Assembly: GCF_000014785.1 (NCBI RefSeq)
Contig: NC_008340.1
Span: forward strand, 1,770,001-1,802,000
Length of the DNA: 32,000 nucleotides
DNA from: Alkalilimnicola ehrlichii MLHE-1
Lineage (GTDB): Bacteria; Pseudomonadota; Gammaproteobacteria; Nitrococcales; Halorhodospiraceae
Reading direction: 5' to 3'
The notes under the pieces: model-generated
Told to the model about the DNA's origin: nothing
The model's database searches: none
The model's input: only the letters and a program-made list of their open reading frames with translations
In this document: positions 26,135 to 32,000 of the stretch, one piece after another
Position numbering within the stretch: the first letter of the stretch is position 1
Layout: every line of letters starts with the position of its first letter
Program-made: the position numbers and the translations under genes

Positions 26135-27894
26135 CCCGCGTCCACCACCTTCTTGACATCGTCCAGGTCCTCCAGCCGGACCCGGAAGGCCTCTTCCAGG
26201 GTGGTGACCCCGGTACGCGCCAGGTGCAGGCCGTGCCGGGTCAGACTGCGCATACCCCCCTCCACGGCCAGTTCCCTCAGCGCCTCGGTGGTGATGCCCT
26301 GAGCGATACGGGTGGCCATGTTGCGATCGGCCACCAGCAGTTCATAGGCCATGGCACGCCCGTGAAACCCGGTATAGTCGCAGCGATCACAGCCGGTCCC
26401 GGTCCAGAATGGCTCGTCGCCGACGCCCATCACCTGGCGCACCAGCGCCTCTGGCTCATGCGCCACCCGGCAATGGGTACAGATAACACGGACCAGCCGT
26501 TGGGCCAGCACGCCCATCACGGTGGAACTCACCAGGTAGGGCTCCACCCCCATGTCCACCAGGCGGGTCACGGCGCTGGGTGCATCGTTGGTGTGCAGGG
26601 TGGAAAGGACCATGTGGCCGGTGAGCGCCGCCTTGGTGGCGATCTCGGCCGTCTCCAGATCGCGGATCTCCCCGACCATGATCACATCGGGATCGTGGCG
26701 GAGGATATTGCGCAGCGCCCGGGCAAAGGTGTAGCCGATGCCGGCATTCACCTGGATCTGTTCCACCCCCTCCATGTCGTACTCCACCGGCTCCTCCACG
26801 GTAAGGATGTGGGGCTCGGCACGACGCACCTCCTGGAGCAGGGAGTAGAGGGTGGTGGACTTGCCCGAGCCGGTGGGTCCGGTGACCAGGATCATCCCCT
26901 GGGGGCGCTGGATCAGGGTGCGGACGATCCGGTCGTCGCGCTCAGAGAACCCGATTTCCTCCAGCCGCTTGAGTCCGTGGGCCTTGTTGAGGATGCGGAC
27001 GACCACGCTCTCGCCGGTGTAGGTGGGCATCACCGAAATGCGCAGGTCCACCGCCTTGCCGCTCACCCGCACCCGCGCATGGCCGTCTTGGGGCAGGCGC
27101 TTTTCGGCAATATTCATGCGACCCAGGATCTTGATGCGGGCGACAACCGCCGCCAGCTGCGCCTTGTCCACCAGTCGCACCCGCTGGATGGCGCCGTCGA
27201 TACGGAACATCACCGCCAGGTCGTTCTCGCGTGGCATGAAGTGGATGTCGGACGCCCCGCGGCTGATCGCCTGCAGGATGACGGTATTGACCAGCCGCAC
27301 CACCGGGCGGCTGCTGGCCTGGCTCTCTATCTCCTGGTCGCGGCGCAGGTCCCGGTCCTCATCGGTGGTCAGCAGGGTGTCCATGCCCTCCTCACCGCCG
27401 ATGGCCAGGGATTTATAGGAGCGATTAATCGCGCTGCTGATCTGATGGGGAGGCGCCAGGACCGGCTCCACGTTGAGTCCGGTATGGAAACGGAGGTTGG
27501 CCAGCAACTCCTCGTCCGTCGGGGTGGCGGTGGCAGCCATCAGCACCGATCGGTGGCGCGCCAGGGGCAGGACGTTGAGTCGCAGGCACATCTCGTAGGG
27601 GATCAGCCCGGCGACCTCCGGCTTGGCCACAAACCCCGCCAGATCCACCCGAGGGATCCCGAGCTGCTCGCACAGGGCGTCCTCGAGCTGCTCCCGGGTG
27701 ATGTGGCGATGCTCCACCAGCCAGCGGCCAAGCTGCAGGTGCGGCTGCGCCCGGTGGGTGTCCAAGGCCGCACGCAGCGTGGTCTCGTCGATAAGGCCCC
27801 GTTCCAGGAGGATGCCGCCGAGGCGCCGAACCTGCTTGCCCCGCGCCTTGATCAGCGCCTGTTCCAGATCGTGCTCGTCGGCGACCTTCAACAC
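26128..27894 (-). CDS. PilB/GspE-type secretion/pilus assembly ATPase with N-terminal MshEN-like repeats
   Basis: GMILVTGPTGSGKSTTLYSLLQEV, LTVEEPVEYDMEGVEQIQVN, GEIRDLETAEIATKAALTGHMVLSTLHTND, zinc motif CTHC...CDRC, and MshEN-like RRLGGILLERGLIDETTLRAAL / LQLGRWLVEHRHITREQLEDALCEQLG. GTG start. Confidence 0.93.
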   Translation of the reverse strand: MLKVADEHDLEQALIKARGKQVRRLGGILLERGLIDETTLRAALDTHRAQPHLQLGRWLVEHRHITREQLEDALCEQLGIPRVDLAGFVAKPEVAGLIPYEMCLRLNVLPLARHRSVLMAATATPTDEELLANLRFHTGLNVEPVLAPPHQISSAINRSYKSLAIGGEEGMDTLLTTDEDRDLRRDQEIESQASSRPVVRLVNTVILQAISRGASDIHFMPRENDLAVMFRIDGAIQRVRLVDKAQLAAVVARIKILGRMNIAEKRLPQDGHARVRVSGKAVDLRISVMPTYTGESVVVRILNKAHGLKRLEEIGFSERDDRIVRTLIQRPQGMILVTGPTGSGKSTTLYSLLQEVRRAEPHILTVEEPVEYDMEGVEQIQVNAGIGYTFARALRNILRHDPDVIMVGEIRDLETAEIATKAALTGHMVLSTLHTNDAPSAVTRLVDMGVEPYLVSSTVMGVLAQRLVRVICTHCRVAHEPEALVRQVMGVGDEPFWTGTGCDRCDYTGFHGRAMAYELLVADRNMATRIAQGITTEALRELAVEGGMRSLTRHGLHLARTGVTTLEEAFRVRLEDLDDVKKVVDAGY

Positions 27895-29613
27895 CCGTCT
27901 CCACGGTCGTCGTCTTCCCCCTCACCGAGCGAGGAATCCTCCTCCGCGAGGCGCACTGGCTCGGACTGCTGGCGCGCCCGGCTCAGCAGTGCGGCCAGCA
28001 TCTCCCCCTGCCCCGGGAAGATGGCGGTCCCCACGTGCGCCCAGCCCGGGCCCACCGGCTGCTCCCGCCCCGAGCGACGCAGGCTCTCCTCGACCCGGGC
28101 GCGCATGCGCTGGGCCACCGAAACGGCCTCGTCGCGCACCAGGTCCGGCAGCAGCATCACGAACTGCCCGGGCTCGATGCAGGCCAGGGTCTGCGATGGC
28201 CGCAGCAGGGCCTCCAGGCGCTGGATGATCAGGCTGTACCGCGCCGCCACCAGGGCCTCAAGCGCCGCATCACCGGACGGCTCCGCCACCTCCACCTGCA
28301 CCAGGACGATGACAATGCCCAGGTCCTTGATGCTGGCGCGGGTCTGGGCGCGCTCGAAGTGCACCGCGAGCACCCGTTCATTGGGCAGCCCACTGACCGG
28401 TTCAGCGCCGGCCATCTGGGTGAGTCGCCCCTGAACCTGCTTCTGCTCGGTGACATCCCGCGCCGCCCCGCGATAACCGGTGAGCTCCCCGGTGGCGCTG
28501 AACAGCGGCATGCCACTCACCCGCCACCAGCGCAGCTCACCGTTGCGCAGCACCCGATGTTCGATCTCCGAGAAGCCCCGTCCGCTGTCCCGCAGGCCGC
28601 TGAACCAGTTCCAGACCCGGGTGCGCTCCTCCGGCGGCATCAGGTCGAAGGGGCTCAGGGTCTCCAGGATCACCGGCGGGATACCCGCGATGGTCTCCGC
28701 CTGGGCGGATACCCACATGTAGCGGCCGTGCTCATCCACCTCCCAGAAGAACTCCAGCGCCGGACCGACGGGGCCGGTTGCCCGCTGCTCGCTCTCCACC
28801 AATGCACTCATCAGCGCCCGCTGCTCGGTGATATCCCGGGAGGTGCACTGCAGGGCGATCAGCTGGCCCTCGCCGTCCAGGTAGGCGGTGGCCCGGCTCT
28901 CCAGCCAGGCGTAGCTGCCGTCCCGGCGGCGGATGCGGTACTGCACGTCGCGCTCGGTCTCGCCCTGGACGGCGAGCTTGCGGAACAGGTCGCGCACCCG
29001 CTCCACGTCGCCCGGGTGGACGTAGTCGAGGGGGCTGACCCCGGTGAGCTGATCCGGTGTGTGGCCCAGCAGGTGGCGGACCGACTGGGAGACGTACATG
29101 AACTCGCCGTCGGGGGCGTGGAGGGTGACTAGGTCGCGGGTACTCTCGGCGAGGAAGCGGAACTTCTCCTGCGCCCGAAGCAGGGCCTGCTCCAGGTAGT
29201 AGCGCTCGGAGACGTCCAGCACACAGCCCACCCACTCCACCCCGCCGTCCCGCCGCGACTCCGGACGGGCGGAGAGCTCCAGGTGCACACGGGCCCGCCG
29301 GCCCGCCTTGACCATGTACTCACAGCGCCAGGGAGTGAGCCGCTTGGCCGAGTGATAGAGGCTCTCCAGCAATCGCTTGCGGTCGGGCTCCGGCACAAAG
29401 CGGAAGAGCTGGTGTTCCGCCCAGGGGCCACTGCCCTCACCCACGCGGTGGAGCCGTGCCAGCCCGGGGCCACGCGCGGTAAAGCGGATTGCCCCATCCA
29501 TCCCGAGCCGGCAGAACAGGACCTCCCCGGGGAAGCTGTCCGCCAGCAGATCAAATTGCGTCTGCGCCATCGAGGTCAATAGGTTTGAACCCGCGTCAGG
29601 GTTGCTCGTCATC
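27888..29613 (-). CDS. PAS-domain sensor with a degenerate GGDEF domain
   Basis: At least two clear PAS/PAC repeats (LLGHTPDQLTGVSPLDYVHPGD...TSRDITEQRA; AARDVTEQKQ) and a likely additional N-terminal one. GGDEF-like C-terminus has EPGQF in place of GG(D/E)EF. Likely start MTSNPDAGSN at 29613. Confidence 0.8.
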
Positions 29614-29733
29614 GAATGTAGAATTCCCCAGAAATTTTGAGGGCCATATACTCCAGCGTAGAACACGACAATACAACTGTTGACGCAAACGCCCGGATCC
29701 GACCAGCCGCTCCCGGCCTCCGGTGCCGGCGGT

Positions 29734-30933
29734 TCACGGGGCCGGGCGGATCCGCACCCGGCGCCCGTCGCTGAGGTCCCGATCGGGGTGCACCACCACG
29801 GCCTCGCCCGGCTCCAGCCCCGAGAGGATTTCCACATCGCCACCACCGCGCAGGCCCCGCTCCACCCGCCGCAGCCGCACCCGGCCATCGCTGACCACGA
29901 ACACCGCCCAGTGATCGCCATCGCGGAACAGGGCACTGATTGGTGCCCGCAACACGTCCTCGCGGCTGTCCAGCAGAAAGAGGGCGTTCACCCGATAGGC
30001 ATCACCCAGGGCGGCCCAGTCCGCCGGGTCGGAGATGAAATCCACAATAACCCGGACCCGCTGCTCCTCCACCCCCAGGGCCGAAAACTTGGTGAAACCG
30101 CTGGGCTCCACCCTTCGCACCACCCCGTCCAGGTCATCCCTCCCGCCCCAGCGCTGCAACGCAACCGCCATGCCCGGGCGGATGCGTACGGCATCGGCGG
30201 AGAGCACCTCCACCTCCACCTCCAGCGCCTGCGGGTCCGCCAGCTCCAGGATCGGCTCGCCCGGCTGCACCACCCGCGCGCTCTCGAAATGGCGCGCCAG
30301 CACCCGACCGCTGGCCGGTGCCTGGAGTTCGATGACCTCGGGGGTCTCCTCGTCCCGCTGCCCGGCAAACGCGAGCGCCAGTCGGGCCGCCTCCAGCTCC
30401 GCCCGGGCGGCATTGACCCGGTGGCGCGCCGCGGCGACCGTGGCCTCGGCCTGCCGGGCCTGGGCCGCCGCCCGGTCCACGTCGTGCCGGGAGACCGCGC
30501 CCCGCTCCCCGAGCCGGGACAGCCGCTCCTGTTCGCGGGCGGCGAAATCGGCACCGGCCCGGGCGGCCTGGTGCTCTTCGCCGGCCGTGGCCAGAGCCGC
30601 CTCGGCAGCCTCAACACGGGCCTGCGCCTGCCGTTCGCTGCGCAGGTCGAGCGCCTGGGGCAACAACGGGTCGAGGCGTACCAGCACCTCCCCCGCCTGC
30701 ACCGCATCGCCCACCTCCCACGCCACCCGGCGGGCGTGTGCCGGCACCGGGGCTGAGATGGCGTAGCGGTGCATGACCCGGGTCCGCCCCTCCTCCTCCA
30801 CGGTCTGGTGCACGGCACCACGGCTCACCTCGGTGATATCCACCCAGACCGGCTGCGGCCGAAAGCCCAGGTAGAGCAGCAGGGCCGCCACCGCCAGGCC
30901 GCCGATCCACACGGTCAGTCGCTTCCAATTCAT
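29734..30933 (-). CDS. HlyD/RND-type periplasmic adaptor (membrane fusion) protein
   Basis: Single N-terminal TM, a split lipoyl motif (ISAPVPAHARRVAWEVGDAVQAGEVLVRLDP / LQAPASGRVLARHFESARVVQPGEPILELAD), and a coiled-coil hairpin. Confidence 0.9.
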   Translation of the reverse strand: MNWKRLTVWIGGLAVAALLLYLGFRPQPVWVDITEVSRGAVHQTVEEEGRTRVMHRYAISAPVPAHARRVAWEVGDAVQAGEVLVRLDPLLPQALDLRSERQAQARVEAAEAALATAGEEHQAARAGADFAAREQERLSRLGERGAVSRHDVDRAAAQARQAEATVAAARHRVNAARAELEAARLALAFAGQRDEETPEVIELQAPASGRVLARHFESARVVQPGEPILELADPQALEVEVEVLSADAVRIRPGMAVALQRWGGRDDLDGVVRRVEPSGFTKFSALGVEEQRVRVIVDFISDPADWAALGDAYRVNALFLLDSREDVLRAPISALFRDGDHWAVFVVSDGRVRLRRVERGLRGGGDVEILSGLEPGEAVVVHPDRDLSDGRRVRIRPAP

Positions 30934-30937
30934 GGCC

Positions 30938-32000
30938 TCATTCCCTGGTCTTCAGGACCTCGACAAGGTCCAGCCGGTCCAGCCGGCGTCGGACCACCCA
31001 GGCCGAGAGGAGGCCGGCGAGCACCACGATGAGCGCGGCGAACGCCATGCCTGACGGCGTGAGCACCACCGGCACCCGGTAGAGATCGGACTCGACGGCG
31101 CGGGCGACCCAGCCGTAGAGCAGCCAGCCGAGCAGGAAACCGGGCAGCAGTCCGGCCAGGATCAGCACCGCCTGTTCCCCCAGCAGGATGCGGGCGACCT
31201 CGCCCCGGGTAAAACCCAGCACCCGAAGGCTGGCCAACTCCCGGGCCCGCTCGGAGAGGCTGATCCGGGCACCGTTGTAGATCACTCCGAAGGCGATGCT
31301 GCCGGCCAGCAGGGTGGTGATGAAGGTGAACATCAACACCGTCTCCGCCAGGGTATCGTAAAAGCTGTCGATGGCGGCCTCGCGCTCGGCGATGCCAGCG
31401 ATACCGGGGCGTTCGCGCAGGGCCTCCACCACCGACGCCCGGTCGCCGGGGAGCAACTGCAGGCGCGCCCCGGAGACAGCGCTCCCCTCGCCCAGCAGGC
31501 GCTGGAGGGTCGCCAACGGCAGGTAGGCGTTCACCCCGATGAGCTCTGTGATCACGCCGCCCACCAGCAGTTCGTGTGACGTCCGGCGCCCCTCGAGAAA
31601 GGTTACCTGGAGCCGGTCCCCCGGCCGTACGTCCAGCTCCCGGGCCAGCCAGTCGGTCAGCAACAGGCCGTGCTCGGGCATCGGCTGCAGGCGCAAGTCC
31701 GTGTCCAGCAGGCGCCGCAGCTCCGCGCCGGGCTCCTGGCCCTGCAACGCCAGCCGCCAGGTGCGGTGGCCCGAGCGCAGCTCCACGCTGGCACTGCGCC
31801 AGGGCTCGACACGGACCACGCCCGGCAGGGCCTCCAGCTCGTGAACGGCCTTGCGGGCCGTGGGCTCGGTGAAGGTGACGGTGATATCGTCGCGCTCCAC
31901 CAGCCCGAAGTGGATGCCGACCATCTGGTGGATGGCGGCGTCCTGGAAGCGTCCCACCATCAGGATGGCACAGGCGAAGGCGACCCCGGTGATCCCCATC
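30938..32000 (-). CDS. ABC transporter permease, FtsX/MacB-like (5' end beyond the window)
   Basis: SLSERARELASLRVLGFTRGEVARILLGEQAVLILAGLLPGFLLGWLLYG and C-terminal LDRLDLVEVLKTRE, typical of FtsX-domain permeases. Confidence 0.85.
   Translation of the reverse strand, partial: MGITGVAFACAILMVGRFQDAAIHQMVGIHFGLVERDDITVTFTEPTARKAVHELEALPGVVRVEPWRSASVELRSGHRTWRLALQGQEPGAELRRLLDTDLRLQPMPEHGLLLTDWLARELDVRPGDRLQVTFLEGRRTSHELLVGGVITELIGVNAYLPLATLQRLLGEGSAVSGARLQLLPGDRASVVEALRERPGIAGIAEREAAIDSFYDTLAETVLMFTFITTLLAGSIAFGVIYNGARISLSERARELASLRVLGFTRGEVARILLGEQAVLILAGLLPGFLLGWLLYGWVARAVESDLYRVPVVLTPSGMAFAALIVVLAGLLSAWVVRRRLDRLDLVEVLKTRE

Noticed and set aside
25888-28434. 848 aa plus-strand ORF
   Set aside because: Lies antisense to the PilB/GspE-type ATPase and in an alternative frame of the IscU-like gene. 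It shows the antisense composition bias.
29614-29936. N-terminal extension of the PAS protein (MPCSAMAITGRC...)
   Set aside because: In frame but with non-coding character, overlapping the adaptor gene on the same strand. MTSNPDAGSN at 29613 is a better start.
1-32000. CRISPR arrays, IS elements, prophage, integrase or toxin-antitoxin islands
   Set aside because: No regularly spaced direct repeats, transposase or integrase motifs, or terminal inverted repeats were seen. The tRNA-Val has no adjacent integrase gene.

Overview
This 32 kb, high-GC window is gammaproteobacterial in character. Gene content and order suggest an Alkalilimnicola/Ectothiorhodospiraceae-like organism, which is inference only. 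The centrepiece (about 15.9-26.1 kb) is an apparently complete aerobic carbon monoxide dehydrogenase locus. It holds an RcoM-like PAS-LytTR regulator, coxM, coxS, a form I coxL (AYRCSFR motif) fused in frame to a C-terminal CoxG domain, coxD (MoxR-type AAA+), coxE (VWA), coxF (XdhC family), a MocA-like cytidylyltransferase, coxI (second XdhC family protein) and an unexpected IscU/SufU-like scaffold gene. Molybdenum cofactor and Fe-S genes are scattered around it (mog, moaE, mrp). Other genes include ilvD overlapping a SprT-like metallopeptidase gene, a tRNA-Val(CAC), a porin gene that appears to lack its 5' end, a Tat-type Rieske protein, a REC/GAF/PAS/GGDEF/EAL protein, an orphan PilB/GspE-type ATPase coupled to a PAS/degenerate-GGDEF protein, and an HlyD-type adaptor with an FtsX-type permease. 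At the left edge, a truncated AAA+ ATPase gene overlaps a large gene of unknown function. No CRISPR arrays, IS elements or phage genes were recognised. Homology calls come from reading motifs in the translations; no database search was run.
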